From positions 68,512,001 to 68,576,000 of the forward strand of contig NC_045697.1 of assembly GCF_009834535.1 (NCBI RefSeq): a stretch of 64,000 bases of DNA, read 5' to 3'. Source of the stretch: Camelus ferus. Its lineage: Eukaryota. This document shows, in pieces, positions 1 to 12,216 of the stretch (position 1 is its first letter; every line of letters starts with the position of its first letter). The notes under the pieces are model-generated. The model worked only from the letters and a program-made list of their open reading frames with translations. It was not told where the DNA came from and did no database searches. The translations under genes were made by a program, and so were the position numbers.

Positions 1-139
1 GACCTCCAAACCTGCATTGTATAGTTGCAGTTCTATAGGAAACTATATTGTCCTGATCTTTAAAAAAAAAATGATATTTGCTTAAAATTCTTTAGTAAAT
101 ACTCTATCAAGTGAATGTCCTTTTAATTCACAATTTTCT

Positions 140-2700
140 TTTTTTTATTAAGGCATATCTAATTTACAATTTTATATTAGTTTCAGGTGTACAACATAGT
201 GATTCACAATTTTAAAAGGTTATTATACTCAATTTAAAGTTATTAGAAAATATTGGCTATACCCTGTGCTATACAATATATCCTTGTGGCTGATTTATTT
301 TACACATAATAGTTTGTACTTCTTTTTTTTTTCATTTTTAAAGACACTTTTATTGTGATATGGTCTCTGTACAGTAAGCTACACATATTTCAAATGTACA
401 ATTTGATGACTTTAGATAGATGTATACACCAATGAAACCATTACCACAATCAAGATAGTTATTATTGACATCTCTCCCAAGAGGTGCAATTTTCAAATTC
501 CCAATTTATCCCTCCCAACCCCTTTATCCCCTGGTAACCATAAGTTTGTTCTCTATGTCCATGAGTCTATTTCTGTTTAGTAGATAAGTTCATTTATGTC
601 CTTTTTTTTAGATTCCACATATAAGTGATATCTATGGCATTTTTCTTTCTCTTTCTTGCTTACTCATTTAGAATGACAATCTCCAGGTCCATCTGTGTTG
701 CTGCAAATGGCATTATTTTATTCTTTTTTATGGCTGAGTAGTATTCCTGTGTGTGTGTGTGTGTTGTGTGTATCTTCTTTATCCAGTCATCTCTTTCTTT
801 CTTTAAACATTTTTTTTATTGAGTTATAATCATTCTACAATGTTGTGTCAAATTCCAGTGTAGAGCACAATTTTTCAGTTATACATGAACATACATACAT
901 TTATTGTCACTTTCTCTTTCACTGTGAGCCATCACAAGATCCTGTATATATTTCCCTGTGCTACACAGTACAGTCTTGTTTATCTTTACTTCTTAATCCC
1001 CTATCCCTATCATGCTTCTCCCTCTTCCCTCTCCCCACTGGTAACCACTATTTTATTCACTATATCTGTGAGTCTGCTGCTTTTTTTGTTTTATTCACTA
1101 GTTTGTTATATTTTTTAGATTCTATATATAAGTGATACCTTACAGTATTTGTCTTTCTCTGACTGACTTATTTCACTGAATATAGTACCCTCCAAGTCCA
1201 TCCATGTTATTGCAAATGGCAAAACTTCATTCTTTTATGGCTATATATAGCCATATATATACACACACACCACATCTTATGTATCCATTCATTTGTTGAT
1301 GGACACTTAGATTGCTTTCATATCTTGGCTATTGTAAATAATGCTGCTATGAATATTGGAGTGCATGTAGCTTTTTGAATTGGTGTTTCTGTTTTCTTTG
1401 GATATATACCCAGGAGTGGAATTGTGAGATTACATGGTATTTCTATTTTTATTTTTTTGAGGAACCTCCATACTGTTTCCCATAGTGGCTACATCAATTA
1501 TTTTCCCACCAGCAGTGTACGAAGTTTCCCTTTTCTCCACTTCTTCCCCAACATTTATTATTTGTGATCTTTTTGATGATAGCCATCTGATAGATATGAC
1601 ATGATATATCATTGTAGTTTTCTGATGATTAGCAATGTTGAAAATCTTTTCATGTGCCTGTTGGCCATCTGTATGTCTTCTTTGGAAAAATATCTATTCC
1701 AGTCTTTTGCTCATTTTTTGATTGGATTGTTTATTTTTTGATATTGAGTTATAAGGGCTATTTATATACTTTGGATACTAACCCCTTATTGGTCACACTT
1801 GCAAATATTTTCTGCCATTCAGTAGGCTGTCTTCATTTTTTTTTTTTTTTTTGATGATTTCCTTTGCTGTGAAAAACTTTTTCAGTTTACTTAGGTTTTG
1901 TTTAATTTTGCTCTTGTTTCCTTTACTTTAGGAAACTGATCCACCCCCCAAAAAAATATTGCTATGATTTATGTTAAAGAATGTTCTGCCTATGTTTTCT
2001 CCTAGGAGTTTTATGGTTCCAATCTTGCATTTAGATCTTTAATTAATTTTGAGTTTATTTTTGCATACAGTGTGAGAAAATATTTTAATTTCATTCTTTT
2101 ACATGTAGCTGTCCAGTTTTCCCAGCATGACTTATTGAAGAGCCTGTACCTTCCCCATTGTGTATTCTCACCTCTTTTGTCATAGATTAATTGACTATAA
2201 GTGCATGGGTTTATTTCTGATCTCTGTTCTGTTCCATTGATCTATGTGTGTCTTTTTGTGCCAGTACCAAAATGTTTTGATTACTGTGGGTTTGCAGTAT
2301 AGTGTTAAGTCAGGTAATGCAATACCTCCAGATCTGTTCTTCCATTTCATGTTTTCTTTGGCTATTTGGGTTCTTTTATGTTTCTGTACAAATTTTAGAA
2401 TGTGAAAAATGCCATTGGTATTTTGATAGGAATTGCTTTGACTCTGTAGTTTGCCTTGGATAGTATGGTCATTTTAACAATATTAATTCTTCCAATCCAT
2501 GAACATGGTCTGTCTTTCCATCTGTTTGTGTCACCTTCAATTTCTTTCATCATTGTTGTATAGTTTTCCTAGAGCAAGTCTTTTACCTCCTTAGTAGATT
2601 TATTCTTAGGTATTTTATTCTTTTGGATATAATTATAAATGGGATTTTTTTTTAAATTTCTCTTTCTGATAGTTTGTTGTTAATGCATAGAAATGCAACA
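140..2700 (-). mobile_element. 5'-truncated cetartiodactyl-type L1 (ORF2 3' part + 3'UTR), interrupted at 325-986
   Basis: Poly-T at about 138-146, then a typical 3'UTR (TTAGTTTCAGGTGTACAACATAGTGATTC). It resumes at 987 (TACTTCTTAATCCCC) and runs through antisense ORF2 motifs (GAGGAACCTCCATACTGTTT, CCAGTTTTCCCAGCATGACTTATTGAAGAG, GAAATGCAACAGAT). Degraded TSD at 123-139 / 2742-2758. Confidence 0.92.
325..986 (-). mobile_element. Composite L1 insert: camelid-type L1 3' end (about 795-986) + L1 3'UTR piece (about 487-790) + old L1MB/MC-like 3' end (about 335-480) + poly(A)
   Basis: TSD TACTTCTT at 317-324 and 987-994. Poly-T follows the left copy directly. Three distinct L1 3'-derived segments lie between the copies. 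Confidence 0.8.
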
Positions 2701-2739
2701 GATCTACAATCCTCTCCTCTACAACTGAGCTATAGAAGC
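2701..2739 (-). pseudogene. tRNA-Tyr(GTA) 5'-half retrocopy fused to L1 5' end
   Basis: The minus strand reads GCTTCTATAGCTCAGTTG-TAGAGGAGAGGATTGTAGATC versus mature vertebrate tRNA-Tyr CCTTCGATAGCTCAGTTGGTAGAGCGGAGGACTGTAGATC (34/40 positions by eye). It stops just past the GTA anticodon. Confidence 0.85.
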
Positions 2740-3136
2740 AGTTAGTTTATAATTTTCTGGTCATTTTATTATAAAATTGATTTTGAACTTTATCACATAT
2801 ATTGAGATAACCATATTAATTTAATAATTTAGACCATTTATGTGTTAAATTGCATTAATACATTTTCTGGTGAACCATCTATACATTCCAGAAATAAATC
2901 CTACTTGGTAATGCTATATTGATTTTTAATATAATATTGTGGTCATTTTTAATAATTAACTTAGGAATTGTCTGTTTTTAAGTTAAGTAGTCACAATTTT
3001 GTTTTCTTATCTAGACTGCTCAGACTGCATTAGTTCCCTACCCAATACAATACCCTACATCTTCTTCACTAAAAAACACCAATTTACTCAATGCAGCAAT
3101 CTTCCTAACTGTTCAAGAATCTTGATTTGTCTAAGC

Positions 3137-3448
3137 CAGCAGTTTTCAAGCCTTTTTTCTGCATACCTTCTCATATTTTAAGAAAGTATTGAAGACCCCA
3201 AAGAACTTTTATTTCTGTGATTTGAGTCTATTGAGAAAGGTCCAAAACACAGAAATGCATAAGCATGCATTCCTGGCCAACTGATCATTAACATTATAAT
3301 TATCACATATCATGTAATCTGGAAACTCCACTGTACACTTGTGAAAAAGTGAGAGTAAAAGAGGCAAATAACAGCTTAGCATTATTATAAAAATAATCCA
3401 GATCCTCTGAAAATGGGGAGTTCCCAGATCACACTTTGAGACACCCTG
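3137..3448. mobile_element. hAT-Charlie-like non-autonomous DNA transposon
   Basis: Ends CAGCAGTTTTCAAG...CACACTTTGAGACACCCTG resemble Charlie TIRs. Internal TATTGAAGACCCCAAAGAACTTTT motif. Flanks GTCTAAGC/ATCAAAGT resemble an 8-bp NTCTARAN target. Confidence 0.65.
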
Positions 3449-3469
3449 ATCAAAGTAAATCAAAATACC

Positions 3470-3890
3470 CATGTCCCTGGTTTTCTAAAACTCCTTACAG
3501 CTAGCTGTGTCCCAGTGGTCTGATTCAACAGGGTTTAAGTGAAAGTCAACTGAGGAGGTTTCTGGGAGAACTCTTATTTTAGTGATAAAGAGTAAGAATG
3601 TACCTAGCTCTCTGTTTCTCCCTTTTCATTGTCTTGAAGATGGTTATGGCATATGGAGTTGCAATAGCACTTCCAACCACAAAATCTCAAGGATAAGGAT
3701 GAAAGCCAATGTGCTATGATGGCAAGAGTGGAAAGATAAAAACAGCCTGAGTGTTATTTCATCATTAAGTAGCTGAATGAGTAAAAGAAAATCATACCTC
3801 TGGATGTCTTTTATAAGGGAAAATAAACCTCTATTTTTTAAACTATTGTAAATCAGCATTTCTGTTACTTGAAGCTGAACACATTCTCAT
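3470..3890 (+). mobile_element. Ancient ERVL solo LTR (LTR16/LTR33-like)
   Basis: Characteristic 3' part GGAAAATAAACCTCTATTTTTAAAC...TTTCTGTTACTTGAAGCTGAA and internal GAGTGGAAAGATAAAAACAGCCTG. Confidence 0.65.
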
Positions 3891-5447
3891 TTTGATCTGC
3901 TGTCTTTAACCAGGTCAGGAATCAAAGTTTTCCTAGTATCATAAAATAAGTTAATAGCTTTCCCACTTCTCTTTTGTAGAACAGCGTGTAGAAGATAGGA
4001 TGTTATTTTGCTGGAAAGTTTAGTTGATATTACATGCTAGATATTACATATAAAACTGGATCTGGAGTCTTTTTGCATAAGTTGTCTCATAAGGTTTGCC
4101 CTTTAAATTACATTATTGCCATGGAAACTTCTTTCATGGTTTTGATATATTCAAGCATTTATTTATTCTTGTACAAATTTTGACATATATTTTGGAAGAA
4201 ATGTTTTTATTTTATATAGTTTTCAAATTTAATGCTGTTCTCAGTATTTTTTGTCATGTTTTATTGAACCTCATTATGTTCTCTTTTAACATTTTTTTAT
4301 TTATTTACATCTTTCTTTTTTTTTCATTTGTCTTGCCATAGGGTTGCCTAACCTATGACCCTTCTGAAAAGTGAATTTTCAATTTTCGATATCTGTTCCA
4401 CATTTCTCTCTCTCTCTCTTTGTTTTTTGTTTGGTTATTTGCTGTTTTCTCATTTGGGGGGGTTAAACATTTGTCTCTTGTTTTCATTTCTTCTAAAGCT
4501 AAAGCAAAATCTACAGATGTCCCTCTACATACTCTCATGTCTCAAATGATTTAACATATAGTGCTTTCAATATTATTTAATTTAAATATTTTAAATTTCC
4601 CACTTCTTTAACCCAAAGTTATTAGTGTTTTTTTCAGTTTCCAGATATATAATCTTTTATTTATATGTACAAAAGTTTACCACTTCTCTATTTCCAGTTT
4701 TATTGCATTATAGATAAAAAATTGTACAACATTTTTGTCATTGTTTGAAACTTTATGTGCAACCTTAAACATGGTCACTTTTTTGACTAGGCCATCCATG
4801 TGTGCTTCAAATGGATATATCTGTATTGGGATTTTATGTTACTAGTTTGATTTTATAATTGCTACCCTGTTTTTTTGTTTTTTGTTTTTTGAAATTTGCC
4901 TGGTATGTCTTTTTCTATGTACTTATTTACAGAAAGATAATGAATACACAATATTACCAAATAGAAAGTGGCCAAGTGTGAAAATATTTGACCAAGACTG
5001 AGACAAAACTCAAATATCCCCACAAATAATAAATGTGATAATCTAATGTGTCATAAGAATTAATTTTTTATTACAATTTTATTTAGTGGTCAGGTTTGAA
5101 AAGTTAAAATGTTTAATGCAGAAACAGTTTCTCAGCACTATTAGCTGCTAGACTGCTCCTTGCAGTCATGATTCTGCACACTTGGGATTTTGAAGTAGAT
5201 GCTCACTTTCTGCTGAGGCCAGTGGAGAAGCAAGGGTGTCTGACGGCAGTTTTTTTCAGCTGTTGATGGTAAAGTTGCCAACAAGTTATTTTACCCAAGT
5301 AAAAAAACTCACTTTTTAAAACTCAGATTTAGACAAAGTGATGGTGCAATACAGTTTATGCTATTTTAAACATAAGCTTCGTTATCTCTTTAAATAAGAT
5401 TTCTAAATATTTTAAAACCTATAATTAAGATTGTTGCATATAACATG

Positions 5448-5502
5448 TAGATATAGATTATTGATAGATAGATGATAGATGGCTGGATGGATAGATAGAT
5501 AG
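5448..5502. repeat. Degenerate (GATA)n/(GGAT)n microsatellite
   Basis: GATAGATAGATGATAGATGGCTGGATGGATAGATAGATAG. Confidence 0.85.
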
Positions 5503-5984
5503 GGAAGATTCTGAGTCAATTTTAATTTATCTAACAGAATATGACAGGAACACTTACTTGTGCAGCTAGAATCATGAACAAATATCTGAATTATTAAGGC
5601 TAAGAAACTTCATCACATACCATCTACCAAACCACTTTTTACGTAAGCAAGGATTTGTTGTTACTAAATTTTGTTAAGCTGTCATAAAGAATGTATTTCC
5701 TTCAAGAAGTCTTTTATGTATATAAAACCTGATATTTCATCTTGTTTGAACATCTTACATATATATATATATATATAATACAAATGACAACTTCCACTTT
5801 CTTTCAAAATTTGGGCTCCTATAACTTGGATGTTCATCCTTTTCAGTCTACCCTCCATATCCTAAAAGGTATTCTTATCTTTCTAGCCATTCCTAATGTT
5901 CCTAATGCCGTCTGTGAGAATTCCTCAACCTAATCTCCCAAGTCACTAATTTCTTTGTTGGCTTTATCCATTCTTCTTAGGGCT

Positions 5985-6960
5985 TTTTAAAAAGTAGCAA
6001 TTTTATTGAGACATAATGCACATACCATACAATTCACCCTTTTAAAGTGTACAACTCAATGGTTTTTAGGACGTACACAGTTTGTGCAACCATCACCACA
6101 CTTCCATCACCCCGAAAAGAAACTCAGTACTCATTAGCAGTCATTCCCATTTCCACCCAGATTCTTCAGCCCTAAGCAGCCACTGATGCACTTTCTGCCT
6201 CTATAGATCTGCCTATTCTGCCATTTTATATAAATGGAATAGTATAATATGTGGTCTTTTGTGACTGGTTTCTTTTACTTGGTATAAAGTTTTCAAGGTT
6301 CAGCCGTGTCGTAATATGTATCAGTACTTTATTTCTTTTTATTGCTTAGTAATATCCCATTATATGGTTATACCACATTTTATTTATCTATTCATCAGTT
6401 GATGTGCTTTTTTTTTTTAGTTTGTACTTTGGGGGCTATTATGAATAGTGCTGTTAAGAATATTTATGTACAATTTTTGTGTGGACATGTGTTTTTCTTT
6501 TCCTTGGGTATATACCTAGGAGTAAAGTTTCTGGGTAATATGCAAACTTCACCTTTAAATAGTCTGCCATTATTTTCCAAGGTGACTGCACCATTTTACA
6601 TTCCCATCAGCTAAATATGATGACTCCAATTTCTTCACATCCTCACCAACACTTATTACTGTCTTTTTTGATCATAGCCATCCTTGTGTGTGTGAATTGG
6701 CCTTGTAATTTTAATTTGCATTTTCCTGATGCCTATCAATGTTGACCATTCTTCATGTGCTTATTGGCCTTTTATATATCGTCACTGAAGAAATGTTTGT
6801 TTAGAATATTTGTCCATTTTTTAATTGGGTTATTTGTCTTTTGTTATCGGGTTTTCAGAGTTCTTTATATATTCTGTCACGTGTGAGTTAATAATGAGGT
6901 ATACATTTTCTCCCATCCTGTGAGCTTTCTTTTCACTCTTGATGATATATTTTGACATGA
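5985..6960 (-). mobile_element. L1MB-like 3' fragment
   Basis: TTTATTGAGACATAA...AATTCACCCTTTTAAAGTGTACAACTCAATGGTTTTTAG...GCAACCATCACCAC 3' end, followed by antisense ORF2-end motifs (GGGTATATACCTAGGAGT, CACATCCTCACCAACACTT). Confidence 0.85.
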
Positions 6961-9050
6961 TGAAAATGAATATTTATTGGATAACATGCATTAGCTCATG
7001 AAACCCCCTAGTTATTTTTTATTTCAATTAATACATTCTTCATTTATAACCTACTCTTTTCTTGTGGGCTTATATTCCTCTGGATGTATCATTTGCAATG
7101 GTTATTAGTCACTTGGTGAGGGAACCAAACATGGCACAGGGATTTTGCCCTTCTGGTGACTGAGTGTGGATATGTGGGAGACACCTCAGGGAAGAGAGTC
7201 TCTGCCTTTGTGATCTGCTCATCCAGCCTTGGTCGACTTCCCTCCCACACTCTACCCTTACAAGATTACTCTGTCTCAAGGAAAAATTCCCATATGTTGT
7301 TCTTCAAATTATATTTCTGTTAAGTTTAAAATCAATATCACAGCTTTTCTTTTTATTGAAGTTTTTCTGAAATATCTTGTTTGATTCCAGGCATTGTTCT
7401 TTGCCCTGAGCTGCTTCTTTCAGGTAAACTCACTTAGACAAAGAGTGGGGAGAAGAAAATTCTCAGCAGCTACCCACCTTGTTAGCTGCAGATACTATCT
7501 GCTCCCCACCTCAGCTGGACCCTTCTCTGTACTGATGTTACTCTGTCACCTCTGGCTGGTTCCACTGTGGTGCCACCAGGTTTCCTGTCCCAGAATGGTG
7601 CAAATACAGGTAATTATCCCCCCATGCTTAAGTAGGGGAGAGGGAAAGCCACAATTGTAAAGCTCTCACCCACTTGGAAACATCTAATTCTCCTCTGACC
7701 TCAGCTCCTAATGTTCCCATTACAGTTGTGCTTTCAAATATCTTCTCTCTCCCCAGGAATTTCTTACCATTTGTCTTAGATTACTGAGTCCAGCAGTGTC
7801 ATTTTCTTTTCTATTTCTGGCTTTAGGTTTAAAGGATAAGCCATCAGCCATGCTAGATCTTCTTGTCAGGAATCAGAAGCATTTTGCTGATGTTGTTAAT
7901 TATTTGTGAGTGGAAGTTTCCTCATACTTAAAAGTTTCTAATTCTATATCACTGAGTATACCTGCCACTTCCCCTAAAGGCTTAATAACATTTAACTAAG
8001 ATCTAGAAATAACCTTTAAAATACTGTTATAAAGATGTCACCAGGAATTCACTAAAGACTTGCACTTAAAATACTTTTATTAATAATGTAGGAAAGAGAG
8101 TAAGAATGGAAAGGAAGAGCTTGGGAGACAATGTGAAGAGAAAGAACAATCTTTTATCAAAGACATATTGTGGATAAAATTTTAACTGATGATAATATTT
8201 TAGGGACAAAAAATTGGGGGAAGTAGGGACAATAGGGCATAAGAAATTTTTAGACAGGTTGCCCTTTTAGTGTCCTTCAAATATTGAATGTTGGCTATAT
8301 TGTTTATGGAGAATTCTAGTTTGGTTACTGCATTTAGACTGAGCTAGAGAGTTATATCAAATGAAAAATGAATCTTATTTCTAGTAATTTTTCTCTTATA
8401 GTTATTTTAAGAATTCTGCAGTCCATTAAAAAAAGTTTCAATTGAAGAACAGCCACTTTCTCATTCAAGTTATAAATAGTATGTTATGAATTTATTCTTC
8501 CTAGTAGGTTTTTTAATTTGAAAAAGAGGCAAAGTCTCCAGAAGAATGGATCCATCTGAGAGATTTTTTTCCCCTTTCTTTCAGTGGCATATAACACACT
8601 TGTCAAGAAATTGTTATGCAATTAATATTGAAATAAAAGCTAAGTTCTGTAGCGTTATTTATGTACCACGTTCAAGAAGAGAGGAGAGTGATGTGCCAGT
8701 TAGAATTTCAGGTTGTCTCCCACTACAGTAGATGATAGATGAGTTCCAGGGTTGTAGCTGCATATTGATAAAATTGACTTAGAGACACCCTGGATTTATA
8801 AATATGGAGTTAAGTCTCTCCCTTGGTATTCTGTGTACTTGGCTATTTCTATACCTCCCTAACAAGACAGGATGATTTTCACTCTTCATGGAAAAAAAAA
8901 TGTAAACCTTCATGTGGAAGGCATTCATTTTTGGAATCTTTTATGTTATTTCTGTGATTATTTACATCTGCCATAAAGTGAACTAAGAATCTGGGTAAAG
9001 GATATTCTACCGTAAACCATAATCTGTGTCTTTTATTCAAATGACCCAAA

Positions 9051-9128
9051 CTTTTTTTGTTTGTTTTATTGAAGTATAGTTGATTTAAAATGTTATGTTC
9101 ATTTGAGGTGTACAGCAAAGTGATTCAG

Positions 9129-9160
<32 letters not shown>

Positions 9161-9345
9161 ATTCTTTTTCAGACTCTTTTCCATTATAGGTTATTATTAG
9201 ATATTGAATATAGTACTCTGTGCTATACAGTAAGTCCTTGTTGTTTATCTGTTTTATATATAGTAATGTGTATCTGTTAATCCCAAACTCCTAATGTATC
9301 TCACCCTGCCCCCACCTCCCCCTTGGTAATCATAAGTTTGTTTTC
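9051..9345 (-). mobile_element. Short artiodactyl-type L1 3' end with internal (TA)n(TG)n
   Basis: TTTTATTGAAGTATAGTTGATTT...GGTGTACAGCAAAGTGATTCAG...TAATCCCAAACTCCTAA...GGTAATCATAAGTTTGTTTTC. Confidence 0.88.
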
Positions 9346-9509
9346 ATAAATCTAATTACATAAACAAATCTACGTTTTCCAAAACTTGAAATATCTGTTA
9401 CTACATGAAATTATAGTAACACAGAAATTTTAAGTAATCTATGTTCAAGTTTTTTCCCATTTTTTTCTAGTTCCATCTCTAAACACCAACATAAGCTGGT
9501 AATGCTAGT

Positions 9510-9905
9510 TGGTTAGTTGTTTGTTCATGAACTCAACATGTTTTTATTGAGCCAGAGATTCTTCCTAGTTCTAAAGATTTGGCAGAATACAACACAGTTA
9601 GAAGGTCCCTTTCTTGTGGAGCTTACATTTTGGGGGGGAGAGACAGACAATTAGCACATAAATAAAAAATGAGATAATTTCAGATCATGATTATAACTAT
9701 AAAAAGAAGAAAACAATAAAATGATATATTGGTGTGGGTGGGCAGTGGGATAGTTGGCAGTGGGAGGGCTGTGGGGTGGATGGCATTACATAAGGTGCTC
9801 CAGAAAAGGGCTCTCTAAAAATTAGATATAACTGCTAAAATTTGAGTAAGAAGGTGTCAGGTATGTGCAAATCTGAGGAAAAACATTCCAAGCTGGAAAG
9901 GCAAG
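9510..9905 (-). mobile_element. L2 3' fragment
   Basis: TTCATGAACTCAACATGTTTTTATTGAG, CTTGTGGAGCTTACATTTTGGGGGGGAGAGACAGACAAT and ATCTGAGGAAAAACATTCCA are typical antisense L2 3' motifs. Confidence 0.7.
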
Positions 9906-10001
9906 AATATAAGAAAAAGAATCAAAGAAATCAAGCAGTCAAACAAAAATTCCAAACTTGATTGAATTCGGTAATTATCTCTGAGTTACAGAACACTGTG
10001 C

Positions 10002-10131
10002 AGGCATGACCATATGCGTTTATTTGGCTGGAACAATCTGTGTTTATGCCTACTGCAGGCATGGTTACCCATAGCTCACCCATTCACTCCTAAAATGTTC
10101 TGGTTTCAAGAACAAATGATGTAGTCACTCT
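10002..10131. mobile_element. hAT-Blackjack MITE (MER94-like)
   Basis: About 130 bp with degenerate TIRs AGGCATGACCATA...TGTAGTCACTCT (cf. AGGGTGACCATA) and internal TTCACTCCTAAAATGTTCTGGTTT. Confidence 0.65.
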
Positions 10132-11169
10132 GATTATAAATCTGAGAAAATTGTAGCTATTTATAGGACAATATTAGAAAATTTGAATGTTAATTTTATT
10201 GTACTATAAACTCAGAACTCAGAAAACTGCTTTCATTCATTAGAATCAACTGTCAGAAAAATTCTTTAAATTTAGAACAGTCCAGTTTATTTACCATCTT
10301 CTCTTGTGATCCTTATACTCTCCTTGTTAATTATCTAGTCATCTACTATAAAGCTGCAAAAAGCAAAAACAAAATTAAATACAAAAAATAATTTAAATGC
10401 CTCCTTTTATTAGGTTTCTTTTATTACATTATCACTTTCTTCTTGTCTTTGTAATCTACTTGGGAAGTAGGACTATGCAAATAAGAGTAATTGGTTAGAC
10501 GTTTACCATGTTCCTTCATGTGTGCTCATCCATGGGTTATTTCCCAGTTATCTGCATCTACACACAGAAAAATCCTGCATAATTGGAAGCCAGTTTGAAA
10601 GTATATAAAATATTGAAAACATCAACACAACATATGCCCCACAACTGGACTTGGAGCCCAATAGTTAAAAAGTGGAATGTATGTCCAGCACAAATATGCC
10701 AAAGGAGCATTTTTTTTTCAATTTTCAAGCATTTTAAAACCCTATTTTTTAGGAGAAAAGAATTGTGGTATATTTTAAAGACATTGTTTTATATATATAT
10801 ATTTGCAGTTTCTGTCAGACCCCAGGTGCAATAAAAGGCAAATGACATTAATTATTTTTATGTTTGAAACACTCAAAAATCCAGAGAAACCAAAAAGCAT
10901 TAATGTTAAAATACACAATTCAAATAGCGGATGTGGACAAAATATTTCTGTGGCATTTTAAGGTTTGATTTATATCACCAACCAAAACATTGCCCACATT
11001 TAAGATTTTTATATTCTTTTTTCCAGAAAATTCAAAAAATTTAAAAGCACTCATATGTGCCCTTGGCTTAAAGATTCCAGACGGATAAACATGGCAAAAT
11101 CATACAGTTATATATCCTTTTAACGTTCCATTTGTGCATATGCTAGATATTCAGAAGCTAAGCTATGAA

Positions 11170-11640
11170 TCCAGAGGTATAATTAATCTAAAAATATAAT
11201 GTGTTTGTCAAAGGGCCAGTATGATCTTAGTCTGCATCAATTGAAGTACATTCAGCAAAATAACAATTCCTTAAATTCTGTACCCTACTATTTAAGAGGA
11301 ATGTGAATATACAGGCAAAAAATTACTTACATAGATATTTTAAAATACAGTACTTGAAATATCAAAACTACAATACATAGTATATTAAAAATACTGTATG
11401 TATCTAAAATTCATCCTTCAAATTATTCAGTATCTACTATGTATGAGACATTTTGTCTTACCATGATTAGTAAATTCAATACTATTCACATAGAGTTTAC
11501 ATATTAAAAAAATCAGGAGTGTCTTCTATAGGAAATTAAAACTGTCTTAAACCATACGAAAGACTACACATGGAAGAGGGATTGTACTAATTATGTATTG
11601 TCTCAGAAAAGAGACTAAAGATTAAGAGACCTAGGCTAGG
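11170..11640 (+). mobile_element. L3/CR1 LINE fragments
   Basis: AAGGGCCAGTATGATCTTAGTCTGCATCAA and CTGTCTTAAACCATACGAAAGACTACACATGGAAGAGGGATT match recalled CR1/L3 3' ORF2 motifs. Confidence 0.55.
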
Positions 11641-12216
11641 ACTGGTAGGAGGGAGTAGAGAGGATAAACCTGTAGTACTTTTAATATCAAGGATTTGATT
11701 GACTCTATGGAAAATATTATCAAGTTTTGATTGATTCAGCACACATTTATTGAGCACTTATACATCAGGATCCTTGGTACATACCAGGGGAAAAATAATA
11801 TTCTCACATTTGTGCATTCCTAATTTTTATTTCTTAAATTAAGTTCTTGGTTCCCACTAATAAACATCTGGTACTAGTTGTCATTAGGCTGTGGGTGGTA
11901 CAGAAGAACATATTTTTATTACCAGTTTTATATAAGCTTCCTGCTATAAATTCACTTTCTTGAAGTCAAAAACACTGAAGTAATTGTGTTGCCCATGTTA
12001 AAAGTGTCAAAGATGCACTAAGTATGAAACATGTCACACAAAGGGCAGGCGACACTTTGAGCGTTCCTGGGTATGGCAACTTCTACTGACTCTTGTTATT
12101 CTACCAAGAAGGTTTGGAAAATTGGAGTCTCTGATACAATTTAATGCTTACCTACTTATCTAAATTAAATTCTAAATTACTTAATACATTTCTGGAAAAA
12201 TAAAATCAATGAACAA

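Larger units (their letters stand above)
1..7870 (-). mobile_element. Highly decayed ancient L1 (L1ME/L1M-like) scaffold, fragmented by many younger insertions
   Basis: Antisense L1 ORF2-like remnants at 1-139 continue collinearly at 2742-3000 (e.g. ATTGAGATAACCATA, GAAATAAATCCTACTTGGTAATG). More T-rich antisense L1-like remnants at about 3900-4920, 5900-5985 and 6960-7100. The right boundary is uncertain. Confidence 0.5.
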
